From assembly GCA_000934665.2 (NCBI GenBank), contig KZ538291.1, positions 62,001 to 86,205 of the forward strand: a stretch of DNA of 24,205 bases, read 5' to 3'. The notes below the pieces were generated by a model, which saw only the letters and a list, made by a program, of their open reading frames with translations, did no database searches and was not told the origin of the DNA. The position numbers were made by a program, and so were the translations under genes. The DNA is from Catajapyx aquilonaris. Lineage: Eukaryota. Below, one piece after another: positions 11,005 to 22,429 of the stretch (positions are counted from its first letter, which is position 1; each line of letters starts with the position of its first letter).

Positions 11005-11310
11005 AACCTTAGCAGTACACTAATTTACTAGTTAATACTAAATTTAGCAGCACACTAATTTACTATTTAATACTAACTTTAGCAGCACACTAATTTACTA
11101 GTTAATACTAACTTTAGCAGCACACTATGATAGTAGCCAATACTAATTTAGCAGCACACTAAGATAGTAGCTAATACTAATTTAGCAGCACACTAAGATA
11201 GTAGCCAATACTAATTTAGAAGCACACTAAGATAGTACGGTAGCTAATGTTAACTTTTGGGGCACTGCCAGCACACTAAGTTAGTAGTTAGTTCTAACTT
11301 GAGCAGTAGC
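11005..11310. repeat. 34-35-bp minisatellite (ttagcagcacactaatttactagttaatactaact)
   Basis: agcag(c/t)acac anchors at 11011, 11046, 11081, 11116 and 11150, and continuing beyond. Confidence 0.9.
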
Positions 11311-12089
11311 TGCTAATATCTTTCGTCAAGCAATGCTAATAATTCCCCGGCGGTATTCCACAAAAAAGAGGTCACTTAACGGCATCCATCTTTAGGAAGC
11401 GCTTTGTAACGATCTGCGAAATCCTTGCGGAACGAGCTATTTCTGCCTGGAGGCTTTGGTCGTGGGAGAGGGAGGGAAGAGGGGGGAAGGGGGAAGGAGG
11501 GGAGGATTCGGGATTTTCGCAACAAACTTCTGAGGATCGTTCATCATTTCGGTTGGAGCCAAAATGAAAACCACGACTGGGCCTGTCCTCCATTTGCTTC
11601 CTAGCCTGATGTTTGTGCAGCATTCATTTGCCATTCCCTTAGAGAGCGATTGTCAATAGTATCTACGCCTGCGGTTTCTGGCCTAGACATCATCATTCGT
11701 CCATTTTTTTTGTACGTCATGTTTCGATCTTGAATTGTAGCCAATATGTTACGAATTGTTGATTCAAGAAAAAATTGCGGCCACATTTACAAGTCGTATG
11801 TTCTGTCTGATGGTTGTTGGGGACTAAGAGGCGGACATATCCTGGCAGATAGACCACCCTTCACTCAAGAGAGCAGTGGGGGATGGCTCATAACAGTCAG
11901 GATAAACAGTGATTAGTGTTAGCACTTAGCAGTGATTCAGTAGTTGGGTTACTAGTGATTTTGACCGTCATTATAACACACTCTTTTACTACTTACTACT
12001 ACTTTTTATTTCAACTTCCGGTAGTTAATAGAGTACCATCCGATAGTACTACATGTACTGTACTAGAGCAGTTGATAGGTAATAGTAGT

Positions 12090-12230
12090 ATTACTAGAAG
12101 TAAGTAGATGAGTAGTACCTATTACTAGAAGTAGATGAGTAGTACCTATTACTAGAAGTAGATGAGTAGTACCTATTACTAGAAGTAGATGAGTAGTACC
12201 TATTACTAGAAGTAAGTAGCTGAGTAGTAG
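12090..12230. repeat. 27-bp minisatellite (agtagatgagtagtacctattactaga)
   Basis: Units start at 12103, 12130, 12157 and 12184. Confidence 0.93.
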
Positions 12231-12404
12231 CCTACTGGCAAGTAGTTAAAAGGAGTAGGCCTACTACTAACAAGGTAAAGTTATTAGAAATGGTAACTCC
12301 TAGAATTAGGAGCATGTTGTGTAATTCTAGTTACTATTATTCTTACTAGTTATTACTAGGCAATACTATTAGTGTATTATTAACTATTTGTGTACCAGCA
12401 CTAC

Positions 12405-12920
12405 TTCGGTACTACTAGCTACTATTAGTGCACTACTAGCTACTATTAGTGCACTACTAGCTTCTAGTGTATTAACAGCTACTACTATGGTGTACTACTA
12501 TCTACTACGTATTAGTGCACTACTACTAGCTACTAGTGTATTAACAGCTGCTGCTACTGCTGGTGTACTACTAGTTACGACTAGCTACGATTAGTGCACT
12601 ACTAGTTACGACTAGCTACGATTAGTGCACTACTAGTGACTACTAGCTACGATTAGTGCACTACTAGTGACTACTAGCTACGATTAGTGCACTACTAGTG
12701 ACTACTAGCTACGATTAGTGCACTACTATACGATTAGCTACGATTAGTGCACTACTATACGATTAGCTACGATTAGTGCACTACTATACGACTAGCTACG
12801 ATTAGTGCACTACTAGCTACGATTAGTGCACTACTAGCTACGATTAGTGCACTACTAGCTACTAGTGTATTAACAGCTGCTGCTACTACTACTGCTACTG
12901 GTGTACTACTAGTGCTAGTA
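12405..12920. repeat. 22/30/31-bp minisatellite (ctagctacgattagtgcacta...)
   Basis: attagtgcactacta recurs more than 12 times with stepwise length variants. Confidence 0.92.
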
Positions 12921-14346
12921 GTTGACTAGTAGTGGCTATAGTGCACTAATATGAAATTGTAGCTTTACAAAATACTAGTAGCCTATATTACTGGCTACTA
13001 TTAGTGGTTACTAGTAATGGCACGCTGCTAGTCTCACTGCTGCTATGTTATTAATTACGCCTACTATTTCAACTGCTGCTATTTCTGCCAGTCCAAAACG
13101 AGCATGATTGGACCCACTCCCATCGGAGGCAGCTCTTCTGAAGAGCCGAGCCAATTACAACACCTCCAATAAAACTAACTCTATAGGGCAGTGTCTTTAC
13201 CCCCCCCNGGCCACTATAATTGATTGATTGCCACCGGTGGAAAAGAGGCCAGCGGGTGTGAATTCACGCCATTTAAGGGTTGGCTACCACACTGTTGCAA
13301 TGCTCTATCTATAGCCAGGAGGGATTATTAAGGACAGAAAAAGAGAGAGCGGGAAGAGTTGTTTTTCCAGCCGGAAAGAGGTCGCCACCCACCCACTCTA
13401 ATGGCCTTTTCTTCGCCTTGATGGCACCGGCTAACTACCCTTTTGCCTTTGATCGATCGGACATGAGCTGCGTGTGATTTAAAACCAACGGTGGGTGGGG
13501 GGCAAACTATCCCCAGGGACTATTATTTCCTAGAGCACATACCGAGAACTCAAAACGATGGATTGCATGAGCCTGGTGCGTATATCAAGCTCAAATTAAA
13601 CCCATGCGTCTCTACAGAGTTAGGTAACGCTCAGTTTCAATCACTTGTTAGGCTAATTAAGGTGTTACATTTTGGCCCTCTAGTTAATTTTTTAAAAGAA
13701 GCTTGAATGAACTTGATTAGGCGGGGGATTCATTTGGTTAATGAGTCTAGCAGAAGGTGTGGAAAATTGATGATAGGGGTGACGTCACAGTTTGATTGTT
13801 AGTGCTGCCCTTTAGTAACACAAAATTGTTAATTACTCTAATTTGAAATTGTATTGCAAATGGGATGTATCAACCCATAAATAAAATTTATTTGGAATTA
13901 TAACCATATAAATATATGGGTATTATTGTCCGTATGATCGGCCAACTAAATAATTATTATTCATCACATTATTGCATGAAGTACAAAAATGTTGCTAATT
14001 ATCCTTCTGCAATTTTTGCATGTTCTACTGACCGTATGTAAATTTACTATTCGCGCATTATATTTCCGCAAGATTATTTTTGTACCTTACATCATGCTAT
14101 TCCGCAGGGTTACTATTTGCACATCCCATTTCTGCAAACTTTATGACTTACATCCTCTATTTCTGCAAAAGTATTATTAGCGCATTCTCACGGCGAAATT
14201 ATACTTAAGTTACTTAAGCTTATAAAATATAATAAAAAACCACTATTCAAGCAGATTATTAAAATTGTTTGGTTAAACTATTTCTTATGTTATTATTATG
14301 TTATTTATATTATATTATTTATATTCTGTTATTTATATCAAAATAA

Positions 14347-14730
14347 ATTATTTGCATTTATTCGTACAAAAATTTATTTGCATTTATTCGTACAAAAATT
14401 TATTTGCATTTATTCGCACAAAAATTTATTTGTATTTATTCGTACAAAAAAATTATTTTAATTTATTCGTACAAAATTTATTTTTATTTGTATTTATTCG
14501 TACAAAATGTATTTTTATTTGTATTTATTCGTAAAAAATCTATTTTTATTTGTATTTATTCGTAAAAAATCTATTTTTATTTGTATTTATTCGTACAAAA
14601 TTTATTTGTATTTGTATTTATTCGTACAAAATTTATTTGTATTTGTATTTATTCGTACAAAATTTATTTGTATTTGTATTTATTCGTACAAAATTTATTT
14701 GTATTTGTATTTATTCGTACAAAATTTATT
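14347..14730. repeat. 26- to 31-bp AT-rich minisatellite (atttattcgtacaaaatttatttgtatttgt)
   Basis: About 13 ttattcg anchors. The period is 26 bp at the left and 31 bp at the right. Confidence 0.95.
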
Positions 14731-15513
14731 ACCCTGAATTTTGGCAGTAACTAGCCTCATTTTTTGTTGTAAATGTTTAAAAAAATTGTATAGTTCACAT
14801 GACAAGAACGGAAACCAGTAATGAACATCTATTCTCTCGCTTGAATTAATTAGTGAAAATTCTATTACTATGAAGCCAACTGGAGCGAACGCACCCAATT
14901 TAGACGTTACCTAAAAGTAACTGCGTAACAGCTCGATAAAAGCCAGACTACAGCACCCACAATTACGGCAACAAATGGAAAAGCAGTTCAATTCAGACAA
15001 CCTGTTAACATAGTTTCTCAACAAAACAAGCCCAACGAAAAATTTTCAACAACTCAATGTTCGACCACGTTGCATAACTGTCCAAATATTCCCACCAAAA
15101 CCCTCAGAATTGTGCAAAAATTCCGCACATTTTTACTCCAAACTGATGCGGTTAGAATTTTTCCATCCAACTCTTTGGCTTCCCCTATACATGCCCATAA
15201 AGCACAGAAAACTATTCGGTACTATAAACACCAGCCTATAAAAAGCTGCCAACCCAGGTAATTATTGCGAAACGCAAGGACCAGCAGAGCTATGCTATGA
15301 TATATTTCACTATTAATTTCACGAATATGACTCCAAGAACACTATCACTGGACCCCCAGACTATAACAGTGGAAATGTGCATATTACATTCATAATATTA
15401 AATACTATAGACTTACATAAGTTATTTTGATTTTAATGACATAATTGCAAATGATAGGCCTACTTATTAGTATAAACAATTATTTTGAATATTAAAGTGG
15501 CATGACACTGTCA

Positions 15514-16110
15514 GGACATGCTTAGTGTCTCAAGTAACGTCTATGAACCGCCTATGTAACGGATATGTAACGTCTAAACATTGTAATGTCTAGGAAATGC
15601 AAAGTGATCGTAAGTAAACGTCCCCCAACGTCTACGTAACGTCTCTGCACCGTTTGTGTAACATCTAGATAACGTCTACGTATTGTAGCTACATAGACGT
15701 TACACAGACGGTGCATATGTATGATACACAGACGTTGGGGATAATTATGATTTTTAAAAATTTCCGGTCACTTTACATTTCTTAGACAAAGTGATCGTAA
15801 ATAAAGAAAAATCATTACAATACTCAGATGTTACATAGACGTTACCTAGACGGTGCATGGATGTTACATAGATATTGGGGACATGCTTTTTCTTTACTTA
15901 CGATCATTGTGCATTTCCTAGACATTACAATGTTTAGACGTTACATATCCGTTACATAGGCGGTTCATAGACGTTACTTGAGAAAGAAAAATCATGCCCC
16001 CAACGTCTGCGTAACGTCTGTGTAAAGTCTGTGTAACGTCTGTGTAACGTCTAAGCATTGTAATGTCTAAAACATGCAAATTGATCATAAATAATGAAAA
16101 ATCATGTCCC
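15514..16110. mobile_element. Complex foldback element built from gtaacgtct units in alternating orientation
   Basis: 15528-15618 and 15893-15983 are inverted at 89/91 identity. An inner hairpin spans ~15622-15741, a further forward unit spans ~15984-16110, and ggacatg/catgtcc mark the outer edges. Confidence 0.7.
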
Positions 16111-16561
16111 AGGCCTGCTACGAGTATCAGGCCATCCTTAAGGAAGCTAGAAATTCGGGTAGCAGGACCCTTCCCTTTGTCTCCCGGTTTCCTCCAGGAG
16201 CAAAGACTAAGGGAAGGGAAGGAAGACGCTCTCGCTCTCCTGCAACTTGGAAAACCGAAAGCTGCTTTATCCTGGGGGATCGAGGCCGCGATAAGGTCTG
16301 TCCTGGCTAACGAAGTAAATGGAAGATAAGGAAATTGCATTAGCTGGCGCCAATCCTATTCCAAGGTCTCTCTTCCTCGGTGCAAAGTGTTTGGCATTAC
16401 GCGGCCTCCGGGTCTAAAGGATTCATTCATTCCCACCCTCCAAACCCATACCCACAACCCATACTCTTCAGGGTCCTGTTGTTGCCAGACTTTGGGTCAG
16501 GAACTTAAGTGAAAAGGAAGACTGTGTGGGAAAAGGCTTTCAAGATAAGTTTTTCGAAGGT

Positions 16562-16918
16562 TTTGGGTAACTCCATGCGCGCGCATGCGTTTTACTCCAC
16601 CCATTTCATGAGGGAGGAGCCTGAAGTTGTGCGCGCGCAGATTTTGCTTATTTCTTTTATTTCTTTTACTGAATTATTATCTGAATTATTTACTGAATTA
16701 CGCACTAATATATTTATTGAGTTATGTCCTAATATATTTACTGACACGTTTGTTCATTTATTCGTTTGTTTATTTATTTGTTTATTTATTTATTTATTTA
16801 CTTACTTACTTACTGGAATAGAATAGAAGTGTGAAAGGCTTTGAGTAACTCGATGCTCGCGCATGCGTTTGACTCCACCCATTTCATGAAGGAGGAGTCT
16901 GAAGTTGTGCGCGCGCAG
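16562..16918 (+). repeat. Direct duplication of a 79-bp GC-rich cassette (16562-16640 and 16840-16918)
   Basis: gtaactc...cgcgcatgcgttt(t/g)actccacccatttcatga(g/a)ggaggag(c/t)ctgaagttgtgcgcgcgcag occurs twice, 278 bp apart. Each copy is followed by a T-rich ctgaatt-containing tail. Confidence 0.9.
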
Positions 16919-16974
16919 GCTTTCCTCATTTATGTTATTGTTTTTGATTATTAGCTGAATGTTAAACTTAATTA

Positions 16975-17200
16975 TTATCAGAATTTTGACTCAATAACTA
17001 GCTGAATTTTTACTCAATTATTAGCTGAATTTTTACTCAATTATTAGCTGAATTTTTACTCAATTATTAGCTGAATTTTTACTCAATTATTAGCTGAATT
17101 TTTACACGATTATTGGCTGAATTTTTACTCAATTATTGGCTGAATTTTTACTCAATTATTAGCTCAATTTTACTTAATTAGTAGTTGAATTTTTTACTTA
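16975..17200. repeat. 23-bp minisatellite (ttattagctgaatttttactcaa)
   Basis: About 8-9 tandem copies visible. Confidence 0.94.
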
Positions 17201-18022
17201 CTTATGTACGGTACGTAGCCTAAATACTTACCGACATATATTTGTTTGTTTATTCGTTCGTTTGTTTATCGTAACAGAACCAGACGAGACTTGGATGTAC
17301 AGTACACCGTTCAAACTGACCAATAAAACACCTCCAGTGCCCATCAGCCACGCCCACATGAGCCATATGCCCCTCCCATCCCCGAAGCTACGTTTCCTTC
17401 CTGGCCCATCATCAGTGGGCGGTCATGATACTTTATGATGATGATATACGAGACTGAAGTGGTTTAGGAGCGTGGTAAGTCAGAGTTTCATTCGTGCCCT
17501 GGAGAGACGCGGAGATGAAAAATGGCGACAAAGGGAGGAGGGGGAAAATCATCCGGGTTGGCAACGTCACTCAAACTCTTGGGAGCAGTAAGTGACGTCT
17601 GTTGGGTTTGCCTGACATCCACTTGGGGGACGCAGTAGTTTCTAGGATTTTTGTTACCCTTTACCTTTTGTAACACGACACCTAGTGTCCTATGTTAAGT
17701 ATCATTTCAGCAATTTTACAACAATGTCAACTATGGGACATCCCAGGGACGTCCTATACAATTCTTTTTAAAAAATTTGTGGTATAGAGTCTTTCTAAAA
17801 ATGAAGCGAAAAGGCGGTTGATGACATGGTATTTCGTGTGACGTTTTTAGTCTTTTGCCCTGGTGCGTTGGACGTATTCCAAACGTCGTCGTCTCCCTCC
17901 CTGACGCCTGACACCGACTTTTATAGCCAACTGTCGCCGATTGTCATTGGCTGGCTCCATGTCGCGTCCTTTTTATGCCTCCAATTTCATTTTGGGAAAT
18001 TAGATGTGGGAAGGTGTCCCGC

Positions 18023-18036
18023 CCGCTAGATGGCAG
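18023..18036 (+). promoter_or_regulatory. Candidate CTCF-type insulator site
   Basis: CCGCTAGATGGCAG matches the bilaterian CTCF core consensus CC(A/G)SYAGRKGGCRS. Motif match only. Confidence 0.4.
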
Positions 18037-18140
18037 GAGGCTGATGGCTGACATCTGCCGGAAGACGGGCGAAGTCACTGGAGAATCATAATTATTAAGA
18101 TCAAAATCAGGATAGGATCAATTAATTAATCAATTAATCA

Positions 18141-18480
18141 ATTGGGAGTATGGAAGACTTAGCCTTTATGCCACTTCGGATGTAGTAGACTTTTACGGGC
18201 ACACATTGGATGTGTAGTAGACCAGTGTCTCACGTCAGATGATCCCTGACGTTATTTTACGTCAATTTCACGTCAATCTATCGTCTCAATGGTACAATAG
18301 TCGTTACACTTTTGACGTGAAATTGACGTAAAAAGTCGTCAAATTGACATAAAAGTCGTTAAAATAACGTCAGCGATCATCTGGCGTGGGCCGCTGGTCT
18401 TCAGTACATCCGAAGTGTGCCCGTTAAAAGGTCTACTATATCCGAGGTGGCATAAGGGCAAGTTTTTCCATACTACTAAT
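18141..18480. mobile_element. Foldback/MITE with ~115-130-bp arms
   Basis: agtatggaagacttagcctttatgccacttcggatgtagtagac...ctgacgttatttta pairs with taaaataacgtcag...gtctactatatccgaggtggcataagggcaagtttttccatact. An inner pair tttacgtcaatttcacgtcaa/ttgacgtgaaattgacgtaaa is present. No clear TSD. Confidence 0.8.
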
Positions 18481-18517
18481 GAAACATGATTGGCAAATCA
18501 CGTGAGCGTGATTAGAG

Positions 18518-18850
18518 TAGACTTTTCCATGCTTACTGCTATTGTCCCTGGGAGGGGGGAAAGGGTGATATGGGGCAGGGGCGGTGGGGTGACTGGGGGA
18601 TCAGGGGAATGGGGGAGAGATGGAGCAGCCAGGGGGAAGGGGCGGATAGAGTGAACCCGGAACCCGAAAATCGGAAAAAGTCTTACAGCACGGCTCTGGC
18701 TGTCTGGCGTGAAGGGCGGACAGGTGTAGGGGGTCATGGGGGGAGGGGGCAGCCAGGGGGCTCGGAAAAAGTCTTATAGCACGGCTCTGTCTGTGATACT
18801 TGTCCACAGACAGAGCCGTTCTCTAAGACTTTTATCTTCGAAAAAGTCTA
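18518..18850. mobile_element. Possible TIR element (tagactttt...aaaagtcta) with internal direct repeat and terminal hairpin
   Basis: 9-bp inverted ends. tcggaaaaagtctta(c/t)agcacggctctg occurs twice (~18670, ~18762). The hairpin at 18767-18833 has a perfect 15-bp stem and a 9-nt loop. Confidence 0.5.
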
Positions 18851-19271
18851 AAAGGATCATGATTATCCTAGGATTCTATGAATCTATGGATCAATCTATG
18901 GTCTAGGATCATGTGAGAATCTGACCTTGGAATATGCAATACAACTAGGCCTACAGCTTCTAAATACCTCACTTTCCTAGTATTGCTGCCTCTACGTACC
19001 CCTATCATGCCAGTGGCTGAGGGAGAAGAGGCTTTGATCCTCCCTCTGCTCCCATTCACATTCTTGCAACATGCTGGACATAATTACGAGCAGCTGCCAC
19101 CCTCCACGATTCACTATCGGTGGCCCTTCATTGGGCTATGCAAACGAGACAGTAGGGGTCAGGAGGAGGCTAGGGGTGGAGGAGGGGGGAGCGCATATAT
19201 AACACACCTATACAAACTCCTATATCAGACAGACCCCTGATAAGTGCGACCATAATGGTGGTGGTAGTTCC

Positions 19272-19306
<35 letters not shown>

Positions 19307-19314
19307 ACCCCCCC

Positions 19315-19376
19315 NNNNNNNNNNNNNNNNNNNNNNNNNNNNNNNNNNNNNNNNNNNNNNNNNNNNNNNNNNNNNN
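19315..19376. other. Assembly gap flanked by poly-C (left) and poly-G (right)
   Basis: An N run between homopolymers. Smaller N sites also sit inside G runs at ~4166 and ~22096. Confidence 0.95.
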
Positions 19377-19560
19377 GGGGGGGGGGGGGGGGGGGAGTGC
19401 ATCCGAGCGTTTTGATTCGTTGGCTGTTTGGAGCTAGTTTCGATCCTGATCGAGTTATCTTAAGTAGTGTTTAAGCTTGAGTGATGGCTGTCATGACACT
19501 CTTGCAGAACTAGTAAAATATAGTAAAGTTTAAATAATATTATAACATATTACTGGTACA

Positions 19561-19602
19561 TCTATATAAATAAAGCCGTTTGTGAGTCTGTCTGTCTGTC
19601 TG
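19561..19602 (+). mobile_element. Helitron-like non-autonomous 5' terminus
   Basis: A|TCTATATAAATAAAG followed by a (GTCT)n microsatellite, the arrangement known from invertebrate non-autonomous Helitrons (5' TC after a host A). No 3' hairpin plus CTAG end was found. Confidence 0.5.
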
Positions 19603-19878
19603 CAAAAATGGGCCGAAATTTGGGAAGATTTTTTTGTTGTTGAAAAAGTGGACAGATTTGGGACGAAATGGGACGAATTTTGGATCAACAATGGACAAAA
19701 TTAGGGACGAAATATTTTGGACTAAAACTAGGACCAAACATGGACGAAATTTGGGAATAAAATTCTTGGAACAAAAGTTGGCAAAATTAGGGAATAAAAT
19801 AAATTATTGGAACAAAATTAGGGACGAAATTTTTTGGACCAGAAATTTGGGAAGAAATATTTCGACCCACGAATTTGG
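19603..19878 (+). repeat. Degenerate ggacgaaattt (~11-bp base unit) array, copy 1
   Basis: Repeated ggac(g/a)aaat(t)t motifs; shares aaaaagtggacagatttgggacg with the 21110-21755 array. Confidence 0.85.
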
Positions 19879-20029
19879 AACACCCTGTATATAATGTATA
19901 ATAATTTTAATAAAATAAATATTATTTTAATGATTTCGTTTCAAGTTTTTAGTTCTGAACTATTCATGAGGTGGCGCCATTTTAATCTCATTTACCTGTT
20001 AATGATCTTGCATATCTGGTACAAAGCAG

Positions 20030-20640
20030 CCAATCCGGTGCCTAGAACTGTTCTAGATCCGGGAAGTTTGCGTCTGATACATCAAAGAGACGGGTAAAAA
20101 TCCGGGGAGAGTCTTTTGATCTAGTATGAACTATGAAAAAGTTGAGGAAAAAAAATTTTATATAGCAAAACTACTAGTCTCCCGGATTACAAACCGACCG
20201 GATTAATATATAATGCGGAGTATATTGCCTCCGGTTCAGAACACAATTCCTGACTTGTTCCGGATTGGCATCCGGACATGTATGGCTATTATCAGATATG
20301 CCAATCCGGGAGGATTGGAATTTTTTAATTAGTGTCGCACTGGCCTCTCTGGATTGGTTGAATTACGCTGAACTTTTTTTTTGGAGCAGAAAAAAATTAA
20401 CCGGATTATACGTAGAGGAGGGAAAATCCGGGGGATTTCCGGGTCAGCGACTGCTAAACAGTGTGTATTTTGGTAATTAACGAAACCACTTAAAGGAAAA
20501 CCGGAGGTTAAATCAACATTGCGGATACGACGTGTCAATACGGAACTTCCGCTGTCTTTTCCGGTGGCGTAGCCCGAAAATGTGAATCCGGAAAATCCGG
20601 GTTTTTAATTTTTTCCAAACTATGTACACAATATGCCGGA
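20030..20640. repeat. Tract dense in CCGG (aatccgg/ccggatt) motifs
   Basis: 17 CCGG sites counted by eye in about 610 bp, in both orientations and without a fixed period. Confidence 0.65.
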
Positions 20641-21109
20641 TGAGGTCAACACTCTGCAACAAGTGCAGCCTACAATAGGATGTGTATGTCGAGGCATGCT
20701 ATTAATTATGATAAAACCTATTAATTTGGACCCAAACTATCCTAAAGTATGTTGCAAATTTTTGGCGTAGTTATACACTTTTTGTAGCACTTTTTTGTAA
20801 TAAAATTGGCGCTCCTTTTGCGGACAAAATTGGTCGCAAATTTTTACGAGGACTTTAATTTTTTTTCGGATGGCGATTTTTAGCAGCGAGTTTTGTAACG
20901 CGATAAAAGCTTGGGAAGGACGCGATGAAATGTTTTAGAGCGTCGTTTTCGTACTTTGGCGGGGGGAGGGGGTGGGCAGGGGGCGAAACGGAAAATATGC
21001 GGGTGTAAGTAACTCATTTTGAGATGAGGTGGCGGAAAGCCGCAAAAATTTTATTGGTTGAATTTTAGTCGCGGTTAAAGTCTAATCGCGACTTAACAAT
21101 GTGGAAGAT

Positions 21110-21755
21110 GAATGGACAAGACTGGTCGAAATTTTGGATGAAATTTTTTTGGACAAAAATTGAACTAAATTTGGATAGAAAATGGACGAAATATTTTGCA
21201 ACAAAAGTGGATGAAATTTGTGACAAAAATTTTTGACCAAAAATGGGACGAAATTTTGGATTTTTTTTAAAAAAAGTGGACAGATTTGGGACGGAAATGG
21301 ACGAAATTTCGGGACAAAATTATTGGAACAAAAATGGGGACGAATTTTGGACCAAAAATGGGCAAAATTTGGGAAGAAATATTTTGGACTAAAACTAGAA
21401 CGAAATTTGGACCGAAAATGGACAAAATTTGGGGACAAAATTATTGGAACAAAAATGGGGACGAATTTTGGACCAAAAATGGACGAAATTTGGCAATAAA
21501 ATTATTGAAACAAAAGTCGACGAAATTTGGAACGTTTTTTTTTTTTGACCAAAACTACTGTAGAACGAAATTTGGACTGAAAGTGGACAAAATTTGGGAA
21601 GAAATATTTTGGACCGAAAATGGACGAAATTTGGGAATAACATTATTGGAACAAAAGTGGACGAAATTTGGGACGAAATTTTTTGGACTAAAATTTGGTC
21701 GAAATTTGGGACGAAATTTTTTGGACTAAAATTTGGTCGAAATTTGAACCAAAAA
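21110..21755 (+). repeat. Degenerate ggacgaaattt array, copy 2, with higher-order duplications
   Basis: gggacaaaattattggaacaaaaatggggacgaattttggaccaaaaatgg is duplicated at ~21311 and ~21433. Same family as 19603-19878. Confidence 0.9.
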
Positions 21756-22218
21756 TTGCACCACTACACCATACAGACAAGATGCCTTCCATGGGCTGTA
21801 AGTTTCGCAATGGTACTTTGCAATAGTACTTTTTTATAGACTGGGTACAAATAGAGCGGCGAAGGACAAGACCGTTTGAATAATAGAGAAGTGTCCTACA
21901 ATGGTGTACCATTAGGGTTTCATTTTGTATGAGTGAAGAATGGTAGCAGGCACCGCGGTCCCTTTTAAGGGTGACGTCTATTGGCAACAATGGTCGTTTG
22001 TCCTGTCCGCTAAAAGAAGTCTGTTTTACCACAGCTGGATATCGCCTTGACCAGTGAAGTTTAAATTTGGCATATCCGGAGTCGGGGGGGGGGGGNGGGG
22101 GGGTAGATAGATGTCATGTCCTACAATTTTGCTATTAGGCCTATTTAGGTTGCCTCACTGCCGGTTGCACCATAGATGGTATGTTGCTGTACTTGGAAAG
22201 GACCGCAAGGTATAAATA

Positions 22219-22327
22219 CTAGGTACGCACTAGGTACGCACTAGGTACACACTAGTTGCACACTAGGTACACACTAGGTAAACACTAGGTACACACTAGG
22301 TACACACTAGGTAAACACTAGGTAAAA
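22219..22327. repeat. 11-bp minisatellite (ctaggtacaca), ~10 copies
   Basis: Directly visible. Confidence 0.95.
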
Positions 22328-22330
22328 CTA

Positions 22331-22429
22331 TAAACGCGATATCGCTGATGATACACGCGATATCGCTGATGATAGACGCGATATCGCTGATGATAAACGC
22401 GATATCGCTGATGATAAACGCGATATCGC
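22331..22429. repeat. 21-bp minisatellite (aaacgcgatatcgctgatgat), ~5 copies
   Basis: Directly visible. Each unit holds the palindrome GCGATATCGC, and an isolated copy lies at ~22489-22504. Confidence 0.95.

Noticed and set aside
16842..16851. tgagtaactc identical to the core of the 19-bp array
   Set aside because: Only a short match, and the sister cassette copy differs (tgggtaactc); probably chance.
18767..18833. Pre-miRNA-sized hairpin
   Set aside because: Its arm is duplicated upstream within a repeat-like element, and there is no recognisable miRNA family or expression evidence.
19255..19437. Poly-Pro/poly-Gly ORFs
   Set aside because: These are homopolymer runs spanning an N gap.
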